Position numbers and translations under genes: made by a program. A DNA stretch of 62,286 bases, counting the filler, from Circinaria calcarea (taxonomy: Eukaryota), in assembly GCA_051942165.1 (NCBI GenBank). It is 11 parts of 11 records of this genome, joined end to end, with 100 filler letters (N's around TTAATTAATTAA, not from the genome) between each part and the next. Parts side by side here need not be neighbours in the genome. Positions count along the whole stretch, not along the records: positions 45,410 to 50,970 come from JAVECS010001864.1; positions 51,071 to 56,628 come from JAVECS010001865.1; positions 56,729 to 62,286 come from JAVECS010001866.1; 8 more parts are not named here. The stretch is one strand, 5' to 3'. Shown in pieces: positions 49,529 through 59,999 of the stretch. The notes under the pieces were generated by a model. The model saw only the letters and a program-made list of their open reading frames with translations. It was not told where the DNA came from and searched no databases. How positions within the stretch are numbered: the first letter of the stretch is position 1; each line of letters starts with the position of its first letter.

Positions 49529-50285
49529 TTACATCTTCTCCCCCTGTATGGTAGCGACTACCTTGCGCGTATGCTTACTATCCCGAAACTCCAGATACCA
49601 AATTCCCTGCCACGTCCCCGTTGCCAGTTTTCCGTTGGTGATGGGTATCGTGACGCTCGTACCTATGAGCGCGGCTTTGATATGCGCCTAGAAATCCCTC
49701 GACTTAGCTAATTGCCCATCTCAGCAGTATCATCAATTCATGCGTAGTTCCAGTCAATTGAAATCCTTGACGCCCAGCCCATGCACCTCTCCCCTTCTCG
49801 CTTCCCCATACAACAGACACACATACCGGCATATCATCACTCCCCTCGGCATCATGCCGATAGATCCCCTTGCCGCTGACATCCTCGGGCACCATACGAT
49901 CCAGCGCATCCCCCATATCCTTGCGCGTATCATCGTCCCAGTTCTCATTCAGGCTGAGCGCGCAGCTGGTGTGCTGGATGAAGAGATGGAGGATGCCGAC
50001 GCGGTAGTCTTTGATCTCGGGGACGGAAGAGGTGATGTGCGGGGTGATGAGGTAGACGCCGCGGGAGCGAGAGGGCAGCGAAATGGTGCGCTGGGAGAAG
50101 GACATTTTGGAATCAGGCAGCGTTGCGCAGTAGGGGAGAGCGGAGGGCGGGGTTGATGCGGGGCTGGGGCCGAGGAAGGGGAGAAGGGGAAGTTTGACGA
50201 GGGTGATGAAGAGATTGGGGAAGAAGGAGAGGATGAAGATTGAAAGGAACAGGAGGGTGGATGTTAGGGAGGTGGAATATGGCAT
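49529..50285 (-). CDS. UPF0047/YjbQ family protein, 2 exons (start at 50285 or 50105)
   Basis: LFIQHTSCALSLNENWD...YRHDAEGSDDMP|AHIKAALIG...LATGTWQGIWYLEFR; one intron at about 49688-49826. Confidence 0.92.
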
Positions 50286-50804
50286 GGGGACTTTTTCCTG
50301 GAGCGATAATGACGATTGGGAGGAGACGTCATAAGCGAGGGCTTCTACTCTCACGACTATTCTAATGGCAGGTTGGACTAGACACCGTCAGGTAACGTGT
50401 TGTGGGAAATACAATCATGAGATTGTACATGCATTGCTCAGTCGGACTGATGAATCGGGAGGGAAGTTTCTAAATACAAAAGTGATGAGAACAACCACCA
50501 TCGTCTATGCTTCGTCGAGAAGCTAAGCTCAACGAAAGCTAAGTCATTCAAGCTGATCCACCAAGATATCAGTCATCTCTCCTTCATGCAGTGCTCGAGC
50601 CACCATTCCGAATAGATCATACGAGTTTGGAACAAAGAGGTCAGACGGAAACAGCAAGCCACCTCGAACGGGTGTAAATGCCGTGACGGTTTTGCCCGTA
50701 AAGTTTCCATTCAACGCCACGGCTGACAGTGACCGATGACAGTTGATATCGGCTGTCACAAATTAGACATTGTCAGCACCGTTTGACGAGAGAAATACCT
50801 TCAT

Positions 50805-50970
50805 CTAATCCTTCTTCTCGCGAATAAAGTAAGGATATCCGTCTTCGGAGGTCACCCACTTGCCAGGTTGGCAACTTTCCATGATGTTCTTTGCCGTCCT
50901 CAAGCTGTAGGTGTTGTCGAATTCTTTGCAATAGTACTGCTGATCATTGGCCGGCTTGTACGGGACTAGC
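50805..50970 (-). CDS. 3' end of a hypothetical protein
   Basis: Open from the contig edge: LVPYKPANDQQYYCKEFDNTYSLRTAKNIMESCQPGKWVTSEDGYPYFIREKKD*. Confidence 0.6.
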
Positions 50971-51070
50971 NNNNNNNNNNNNNNNNNNNNNNNNNNNNNN
51001 NNNNNNNNNNNNNNTTAATTAATTAANNNNNNNNNNNNNNNNNNNNNNNNNNNNNNNNNNNNNNNNNNNN

Positions 51071-52068
51071 GAGGAGGAGGAAGAGGAGGATGGGGGGTCA
51101 GTGTCCGGGGATGAGAGGTAGGCGGGACTTACGCGGGACTTTACGTCGGCGAGTTGGGCGTCGATGGATTTAGGGATGCTAGAGGGGGAAGTAGAAGATT
51201 AGTGTAAGAGAGGAGGGAGGTGAGCTTGGGGGAGAGATGGGAGTGAAACGATAGATGGTGAATGGACGCAAGGAAAATTGGGTGGAAATGGTTTGTTGGC
51301 GTACTTACAAAATATTTATGCGACTGCGGAGATGCTCGAAATAACCCTGGTTGGCACGTTAGCCTGTGGGTTCGATCAGTAGCCTTGGATTAACGAGGGC
51401 ATACGATCGTGTTGATGAGCTGGGCAGCCGTGGATATCAATGACAGAGAAGCGATTCTCTCCGGCTGCAGATAGGCCTGGGGAACGCGTTAACCGTGCTC
51501 TTTGCCTTTCCAGGCTGGGTTATAGCCTTACCAACTCCAGTGCAATCATACCGCCCATGCTAATCCCAACCACATGAAGCTGTCTTTTCGCCGTCCACCC
51601 CAGGTGATCCAGTAAATCCAGTGTATCCTTCGCCATCTCGGAGGTAGAGTACCGCATGAGTGGCTTGTCGCTCTCCCCCATTCCTCTGTTGTCAAAGATT
51701 AAACAGGAGTACTTGGAGCCCTGGTCGTGGCCAAAGTCCTTGGTTTGACGCTGCCAGTACCATTTGAAGGCTCCGAGGCCCATTACCCACTGTCCCGAGG
51801 ATTTAGTCTCTGGTTTAACCATTCTCTAGAACTTACTTATCGCCTAAGGACGTATGTGAATGTGGGAATGCATATTGCTAATGTATAAAGAGTCTCACTG
51901 GCTTACCACAAGATGGATAGGACCAGTACCGTGGATTTCATATGCCAGGTTGATGGGACCTCCTCGGGTCTTGGCGACCGGGACTTTGCCTTTTGATGTT
52001 GGAGGGAGATCCCATATGACGGTTGAGAAAGCAGGATGCTTGAGGATTTCAGCAGCGGTGAGAGGCAT
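51071..52068 (-). CDS. Alpha/beta hydrolase, intron-rich, 3' truncated
   Basis: LAYEIHGTGP, FDNRGMGESDKP, nucleophile elbow VVGISMGG; short exons with GT-AG borders continue to the gap. Confidence 0.9.
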
Positions 52069-52999
52069 TTCTGAAGTAGATACGATAACTTGAAGATTAT
52101 CGAGCAAGCGGCATAATCATTTCACAGCAAAGATGAACTCGGAAGAAAGGCTGTACCGATCTTATAACATGAGCTATTAAGAAAAGGCACAGAAAGACAT
52201 CCGGTACGAAGTAATTGGAGGCAGCTATTGATCGAGGCAACTGGAGTCAAGGCAGCTGTGGAATGGAAATCAAAGACTGGAAAACGCCTTATCGACCTTT
52301 CCTTTAATAAAGGCAAGTATCGTGTGTACTTCGTACCTTAGGCAGGACTGCTTATTCTACTGGGTGAGGTAGCCTACTAAGGACATCAAACAGTCGGGCA
52401 CCCTGGATGCCCAAGGCACTTGGCGTAATGACACGGCTCGCTTAAAACGGTGCCCAAATATCTCAGGGCTGAACTCTACCTAAAGGTTACTGACAGCAGT
52501 TGGCTCTTCTACTGTCCTAGTAGCTACTACATCTCAATGTTCTCTTCCTAAAGCCACAATGCTGCTGATTCCCTGAACATTTCGGGAGTGAATCTTCCGA
52601 CGTGCTCTTCTCTGTCGGCTTCATCACACCACAATTTCCCACCGTCGGCCAAATATTTCAAACCAGACTTATTCTAGTCAATATGCAAGACCAGATCATG
52701 AGAGATAGTGCAAGGTTTGCCAAGTATTCAGCATTGCAGATAAGATTACCCCAAAGACGAGAAGAGCAGAGGGGCGATTAGACAGAAAGGCTACGACGGG
52801 GTCCGTTCTTGGCCCAGTGAGTCACTGTTGCAACGCTAGCTTTGAAGCAATACGAGTATACACCACTGTAATAAAGATTAAAGCTACGGATGAGTACTGA
52901 GACCTTTTGTCTCTCTATCTCTTTCCTGGCCTGTACACCATTCTTCTCTCATCCGGCAGCTAGGGCAATGAAGATGCTCCAGTGGATACACTGGTGTTC

Positions 53000-53835
53000 A
53001 TGGCCGAACCTCCTTCTGGACTCGCTCCCCGTCCGAGCAACTTCTACGACTCGGTCTACCTAGCCGAACACTACGACATCTGGACCGACGAGAATGCAGA
53101 AACCTTCGACACGCAAGGAGACGCCATCATTTACTGGCACATGCTCCAGGACCTCCATCGACGCCGGCAACCATCCAGCACATTGAACGATCACTTTGTC
53201 GTCCTGGACATTGGCACCGGTACGGGAAGGTGCTTACGCAACCTGGCCCGGGACGCCAGGCACGTAGCTTTTGATCTTCGCGATGTCTCCTTCATCGGCC
53301 TTGGTATCAGTCAGGCAATTTTTGACCGGGCGGCGCAGACGGTAGATGTGGCAAATGTCGGTAGTATATCCTGGGTTAATGGGACGGCACTGGATCTTGG
53401 GACCATCCTTTGCGGCGGAAAGATCGATATGCTCTTATTCGCCGTCGGCAGTATCTGCCACTTACATGCCCCTGACGAGGTCGACCGCTTCATGCAGCAA
53501 GTCGCGCAGGTCCTCCGTCCTGGAACCAGCCGGCCATCATCTCCCTCCAGAACGAACTCATCACCTCGCGGTGCCTGACCCAGAACCCCACAGGCGTTTC
53601 CGACGCCCCATGGTCCCAACTTCTCGCAACGCGGGACTACCGCTCCCATCTGTTTCTGGATATCATGTACCGCCAGAGTCCACTGCAAAGCTCGGTTCCG
53701 GAGGGCAATGTGCGGCATGACCGGTACACCTTTCAGGTCCTCCGCAAGCCAAAGGGGATTAGCTTTCTGTCATTGAGCGCGCGGGCTTGCATCTGGCAGA
53801 TACTTTGCAGACGGCTCATGAGACGTACTACATAA
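53000..53835 (+). pseudogene. Class I SAM-dependent methyltransferase, frameshifted
   Basis: Motif I VLDIGTGTGR; GLGIS where an acidic residue is expected; after VLRPGTSR the expected strand AIISLQNELI continues in another frame (about 53533). Confidence 0.65.
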
Positions 53836-55862
53836 TTGGGCTTCCTAGTCAATAAGCATGCATAGCGCTTCCGACTGTCATCCCAACAGTTGCCAGGTTG
53901 GCACAAAAGGTTTGGAGAGTTTACATGGCACACAACTGCTTCTTATATACCTCATTCAACTTATATCTACTACAAATCTCCACTTATCATCAACGTAATA
54001 TCTAATACCTTCTCCCACCTTATGACCTCCCCAGAAAGCACCACCTTAGTCCGGGAGTTATAACGCAGACTTGGGACAACATCGCACCTGGTTATTTGTC
54101 AATTTTTCTTTCCCTCCGCAAAGAAAACACCCCAACGCCGGTGGAGTAAAATATTACTTTATCGTCGAGGCCCCCCAAGGTCCGCAAGCGCTACATCTAT
54201 AGAGAAAGAAAAAGGCAACGTGTCTACGTTCAGACATGTAAAACCGGCATGAAATTCCGTAGCAAGCATGGTTGTTTGCTACCACCGTCACCACCCTTTT
54301 TTTTTTTTTTGGAACGGAACGGAACCAAAACCTCGTGAATCAAATTCCCGGGGAATGAAAAGATGCAACCCATTTTTGCTTCCGACTTCCTTCCCTACTG
54401 CCTTTCCACGCTGTCTTCATTCCCCCTCTGGGGAGATTTTCTTTGGGGGGCGGGGGCTGGGCTGGCTTTGCGCCACTCAACTTCTTCTTCTTCTCAAGCA
54501 CCTATACTCTTTCCATCATTTTCCATACAAGAAAGGAAGCGCCCTTGTCCTGCTCCCGGTCCTTTTGAAAAATCTTCCAATGGCGCGCAGGATTTTGGAA
54601 TTTTCCCTTATGCAGAATGGAGTGTATTTTTTCCCCCTTAACCCGCTCAAATTCTTCAAGGGTTCATAATTGCCAGGAAATAGGCTATACCAAAAGAAAA
54701 GGGCGAAGCGGATATGCATCTTTTGCATTCCAATTGTCCCTGCGGGTTCAGCGGGGTTCGGGTCGAAGACCGAAACTACTGTTGCTGGTTGCTACTCGAT
54801 CCGACTGGCTAGTCTGAGCGAGCGTTTCAATCTACCCAGCTGTGTTGGGCACTAGTTAGATACCAGGTCGTGCTTGCATCGAAAGACTCATTATTGAACT
54901 CAAGTGGCCGTGGAGAGCGAAACAACCCGCAGCGGTAGAAGCATTTGGGAGTTCCTCACCGCAGGAGGTTTGACTTTCGGAATTTGGGAAGCACGCTTGC
55001 CCCGGAAGGGTTTGTCTACGCTGTTGCTGAAATCAAGATAATCATTACGTTGTAGGTTCGCGATTATGGTATGAGATGGGAGGATGGGCGTGACCGAGGC
55101 TCCGGAAGCTACGGCGGATGGGAGATGGAGTCTTTTGTGGACGGGGAGTTCAAAAATTTGCTCTTTCGGCAGATCACGTAGTAGGATTTTTCAGAGGTAA
55201 CTTTCCCTCCCCACTGCTCTACCACTGTATCTACCACGGGTATTTACCCCAAAAGGCGAGTAAGAGGTAAATTCCCAGAAGAGTCCTCGTACTGGAAAAC
55301 TCTTTAAAGAAATGCAAATACTGTTGGGGACCTCGAGGAGGCGGTTCTGAAGAGTATAGCGAGTAACTTAGATTATATATGAAAGCTAAACTAAATGTGT
55401 CAAGTCTGCCGTGGTCTCGAGTCCAAACTCTCAGTCTCCATTCTCCCAACTGACGCAGTCAACCAAGGACCAAACCAGACGCACAGGGATCTCTCTTTCC
55501 ATTCTTCTGTTCCCATTCCGGTAAGGAGTTGTCGAAGAGGTTCTTTCCTGAGAGTTGCCATGGTTGGGTTAGTATAATAAATTAGAATTAAACCTCAAGC
55601 TAAAGAGCTCAAGCGCGAGCGTAACCCAGGTCGCCAAGCCCCTCCCCGTAGGGAAAGTAAAATTCAAAACTCTTATAGTTTGGTTTATAAAGTTCATCTC
55701 GAGCTGAGATAAAAGTCCCATGTTCGGAGTTTGATGTCAGAGTTGTAGTCCTGCTCGTAATTGCCAATCCCAGTTCCTCTACTTCCTCCATCTACTTCGC
55801 TTCCTCCGCAATCAATTTCAAGCAAACCAGAGCGCAGTGCTGCACGCTGCACTCACACAGAG

Positions 55863-56628
55863 ATGGAACAGCCTATATCGACATTTGAAACGGCCGAACG
55901 AAGTGGAGACGACGGCTTCATCCTGCAGGACTTCGATCCGAGATTCGCTAACTCGGAACTTTCGTGGCGTTCGGGGGGGACCGATATGCAACGGGAAGCG
56001 ATGAATGCCGAGGAGGAGGATAGAACAGAGGAGCCACGTCGAGTAGTGAGTGGAGAAGATCGCAGGAGCGGTGTGTCTGTGCAAGCGGAGGGAGGAACGA
56101 GCGCGGGTCAAGTTCAGCAGACATATGCAAGAAGGCGGACGTTATCAACAGAGGTTGAAACAATAATAACGAGCGGACATGATTCGAGTCGTGCGAGGGT
56201 GAGGATGGAGACTGTTGCTAATGTGACCGTTCGGGACACATATGAAGGAGAGGGAACAAGAACACCTCCTGCACATGGGCAAGTGACCCAACCGGCACAG
56301 GTTGCACGAAGGGATCCGAGGAACCGAAGCACATCACCCGATTCGGACCCAACGGATAGGTCTGAGAATTCGTACCGCACTTGGCAACCTGAGAGTCGGG
56401 AAGTCATGATGACAAACTCGCCTGAGGCGGTGAGCCATGGTTTGGTGCACTCTCGCGATAGGCCAGTAGATACAATTCCTGGAGGAGCGAACTCATTGCC
56501 TAGGCACCAAGAAGGGCAAACCACGCTGCCGGGCAGGAGTGTCAGAGAATCGACTCCTCGTACTAGGCGTCAGTCAACTCAAGAAGATAGTGCGAATATA
56601 GATGGGGGCGCGTTGGTAAGAACACCGA
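55863..56628 (+). CDS. Hypothetical disordered R/E/S/T-rich protein, 3' truncated
   Basis: Open frame of about 255 codons from ATG 55863 to the gap; no recognisable domain. Confidence 0.6.
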
Positions 56629-56728
56629 NNNNNNNNNNNNNNNNNNNNNNNNNNNNNNNNNNNNNNNNNNNNTTAATTAATTAANNNNNNNNNNNNNNNN
56701 NNNNNNNNNNNNNNNNNNNNNNNNNNNN

Positions 56729-57255
56729 TTGTAACTGACGTGCCAGTCCCATGCCTCCGCCAGCCTTTTCAAGGTCAAATGGCCAAGGCTTCTCTCAGGT
56801 GGTAGGAGAAGCCCGGGTAGCTTTCTCAAACGGTCTGGTTGGGGGATTCCTTCAATCGCCTGCTCCTTCCCAAATATCTTTGCATTCTGCCGGTGCTGGG
56901 ATGCCCGTACACTGTCGGAAAGCCAGCTGGCCGGTGGCGCGGGCCCTGCTGGACCTCTGATTCTCCTCGCACCAGTTGCCCGCATGCCTGCTCGTGGCCT
57001 TGGCGGTGGGGTATCTGGTACTTGCAAGATAGCTTTCAACGAGGGGTGTACCGTCGGTGCATTGGCTCCATCATCACGAGCCTTCTCTGTCGAGGAAGCC
57101 ACTTGACATCGGCGGAGATGATGGATGAGATCGTTGACTGAGGAAGGTGCCTGTGTGTTTTCGCCATTTTTGGTAGGTCCGGGGGACGATGTAAGAGAGG
57201 GATGGATGGTACTCGCTGGCTTGCTGAATGGGTTTCTATTGTACTTCTTGGGCAT
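56729..57255 (-). CDS. Conserved-looking fungal hypothetical protein, 3' truncated
   Basis: MPKKYNR...SVNDLIHHLRR...PTVHPSLKAILQVPDTPPPRPR...GPAPPASWL; open to the gap. Confidence 0.75.
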
Positions 57256-57548
57256 GTAAGTACCTTGTAGACGGACGAGGGCTGGTAGCCGGAGAATGTG
57301 CCACCCGCTTGAATACTGATAGTTGTAATGTGGATGGTTGATGGAGTTAACTCGGTTAATTGTGGAATTCGGAGTTTAGGATTTCAATTGCTCCGAATTT
57401 TACGCCTGATGAAAGTAGCGGTCATAAAATACAGGTAATTAAATTTAAATACACTAGCATTCATCAAAGGAATCGAGACTGAAGCTACTTAACATCTCTG
57501 AAACGTGCAACGGAGGGACTCTACATAACCACTTAGGTACTAGACTTC

Positions 57549-59999
57549 TCAATCTAAGCCCCTTGCGTCTCTAATGTCTTCCTTGAACGCATCAAGATTC
57601 CTTTTGTACCCTTCCCATGGCTTTCGGACATTCATCAGGCTTTGAACTGGCCTGATCTTCTTCGTAGGCTTTCTGGTACCGGATAGATCGCTCAGGGCCC
57701 GCTTTAGAGGCCACGCTGTCTTCGTCGTTGAGATCGCGTTCCATTCTGCCTGTGTCCGCATTTTCCCCAGAATCCCGGTGAACAAAGTATCCTGCGTGAG
57801 ATTCACATCGGGGAATCCTTGTGGCGGACGTCGCAAGATCCAAGCAGCAACGTCAATGGCTCCTTCTTCTGGTTCGGTGAAATCAACCTTACGGTGTGGA
57901 ATATATTGTAACAAGTCTTCGTCTCCAGAGAGTTGGCGGACGTGGTTGACCGTGGCCCTCCAGCTGTTGAGCTTTTGCGTCGCACTTCCAGGCAGCTGAG
58001 GCTGTCTTGGCGGTCCTGAGTCAGACCCCCTGATGTTGCCCCGTCTAACAGAAAGGCGTCTGATGTTTGCTTGAGTTGCTCGACCAACAACGTCCGCAGA
58101 AGGCCCTGCAGTCGACAGTGGCACAGGACCGAAGTAAAGTTTATCAATTTCCTCAGACGTAGGGGCTCTAAACCCCGGGGAAAGCTCGTAGTGAAGTCTG
58201 TCAAGTCGGCCGTGTAAGTCGTTGACGAATCGTAGCTCTTGCTGGTTAAGTGCTACACAGGACGGAACTGCATCGTAGGGACGCATGAGCAAATTGGCGG
58301 ACTTGGTTGTATTTGCCCCTGAGCAAGGAGATGGTATGCGCTTGGTAGATGTTGGTGATTGGGTACTCTGGGGGCAGTCATTAAGTAGCATCGAAGGCCC
58401 TTCATTCCGTTTACCAAATTCACCTTCCGAAGGCGGTGACACACAGATTGCCCGATCTGCCAACCGTCGACGCTTTGGAGGCATCAAATAAGAGGTAGAA
58501 GTAGCACATGATTTACTCGTAGCTCGAGACATTGCTTTCGACCAAATAGCAGACTCTCCTTGACTGGCTTGACAGGAGTCTAATGGTTGACCTGGCGGTC
58601 TCTTCCACTTATCTGACCAAGACGTTGAAGGCTTTCTGTACCATGGTTCATGGATCTCGGGAAGATCAGACATGCGGTCTTGAAGTTCGAGAGCACTACT
58701 AGTGCATGAGGATAAGGTCTCATCAAGTGATCCTTGTGCCTCGTAGGCAACAATATCACTGTGGAAATTGCTGGACGGACCCTTGGCCCAGGTTGATCCC
58801 ATGATTGAAGTGCCCGTCTTACCTATAGCACTATAGATCGCACTACCTGTTCTTCCAGAAGGATCAATGATTGTCTGCCTTGGCCGTTCTGTCAGTTGTC
58901 GATCTTTACTAGCAGGGAATTTTTTATTGTCCGGTGAGTTAGGCTGATCGAAAATGCATTCCTTTGATCCAGATATTGGGTAGACCAGTGTATCACGTCG
59001 TACCCAATCCACGTCTGCGTCCGAGGTATTTCGAGCTCTAAGATTCCCGGACTCTTCCATAGAAGAGGGGTCTGGCCAATGTGTTGAAGCTAAGGAAATG
59101 ACTCGATGATCTTGTCCGTCGAACCCTAAAAGATTTATACTCGGTGGGATTGGAGATGGAGAACAGAAGCTCCTCTGCGCTGCAGTATTCTGTGCATACG
59201 GCCGATTGTTCTTTTTTAGTTTGAATAATAAATGGGAAGTTGCCCGCCGCGTTTCGACACTGTTTGCACGCCAGATTTGAAGACTTTTGTCCAGTTTTTG
59301 GCAATGTCTCATGGTAGAATCTTGATGCTCGTTCTCGGCATCAAGCAAGGCTCCGCTCATCAACGTGGTGCCGGTCTGAGTCCGATCAATCTCACCATAG
59401 GGGTCTGCATTAGGCCTATTACCTTCGTGATCACTCATTGAATCCGAAGATTGTATTCTCGGGATCTGAAATGCAGAAGAACTCAACGGTATACCTTGCT
59501 CCACATCGATCAGATCAAGCGGTCCGGAACCAGGTTGCACAGTGCCGTGTTGGTAACTTCTCATCCACGCAGGCAGATGCCGGATCCAAGTCTGATTCCT
59601 GCGATTCAGATACTCTCGTTGCTTTTCCCCGTTCGGATCCCAAAATACCCATGAGTAATCTGATATTGTGGTTTTCCACCTCAACTTGTGCGACATGAAA
59701 TGTCTAAGGCTACTACGCATCTCCTTGCGGTTAAGGTACTTGTCTTGTTCCACCCAGCCATGCCAAGTCCTAATATAGTGCTTTCGCTTGCCATTATTCG
59801 ATCCCCTGTGTAGTTTCCATGAGCCCAAGTTGTTCCACCTCTTCCAGAGAAACCAGATGAGAAATGGAGAGAGCAGTATGGTGAGGCTGACTAACGTAAG
59901 GATTTGGAAAAGCCCTTTTGGCCAATAGTTGGGATCGGGAAGATGGGCATTTGCGGAAGCAGGGTTACTGGGTGGCACAATGGCTGGAGGGAGGTGCAT
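57549..59999 (-). CDS. 816-aa hypothetical single-pass membrane protein, intronless
   Basis: Long ORF with one N-terminal hydrophobic helix, Trp-rich blocks (YIRTWHGWV, DYSWVFWDP) and a C-terminal block GAIDVAAWILRRPPQGF. Confidence 0.85.
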   Translation of the reverse strand: MHLPPAIVPPSNPASANAHLPDPNYWPKGLFQILTLVSLTILLSPFLIWFLWKRWNNLGSWKLHRGSNNGKRKHYIRTWHGWVEQDKYLNRKEMRSSLRHFMSHKLRWKTTISDYSWVFWDPNGEKQREYLNRRNQTWIRHLPAWMRSYQHGTVQPGSGPLDLIDVEQGIPLSSSAFQIPRIQSSDSMSDHEGNRPNADPYGEIDRTQTGTTLMSGALLDAENEHQDSTMRHCQKLDKSLQIWRANSVETRRATSHLLFKLKKNNRPYAQNTAAQRSFCSPSPIPPSINLLGFDGQDHRVISLASTHWPDPSSMEESGNLRARNTSDADVDWVRRDTLVYPISGSKECIFDQPNSPDNKKFPASKDRQLTERPRQTIIDPSGRTGSAIYSAIGKTGTSIMGSTWAKGPSSNFHSDIVAYEAQGSLDETLSSCTSSALELQDRMSDLPEIHEPWYRKPSTSWSDKWKRPPGQPLDSCQASQGESAIWSKAMSRATSKSCATSTSYLMPPKRRRLADRAICVSPPSEGEFGKRNEGPSMLLNDCPQSTQSPTSTKRIPSPCSGANTTKSANLLMRPYDAVPSCVALNQQELRFVNDLHGRLDRLHYELSPGFRAPTSEEIDKLYFGPVPLSTAGPSADVVGRATQANIRRLSVRRGNIRGSDSGPPRQPQLPGSATQKLNSWRATVNHVRQLSGDEDLLQYIPHRKVDFTEPEEGAIDVAAWILRRPPQGFPDVNLTQDTLFTGILGKMRTQAEWNAISTTKTAWPLKRALSDLSGTRKPTKKIRPVQSLMNVRKPWEGYKRNLDAFKEDIRDARGLD

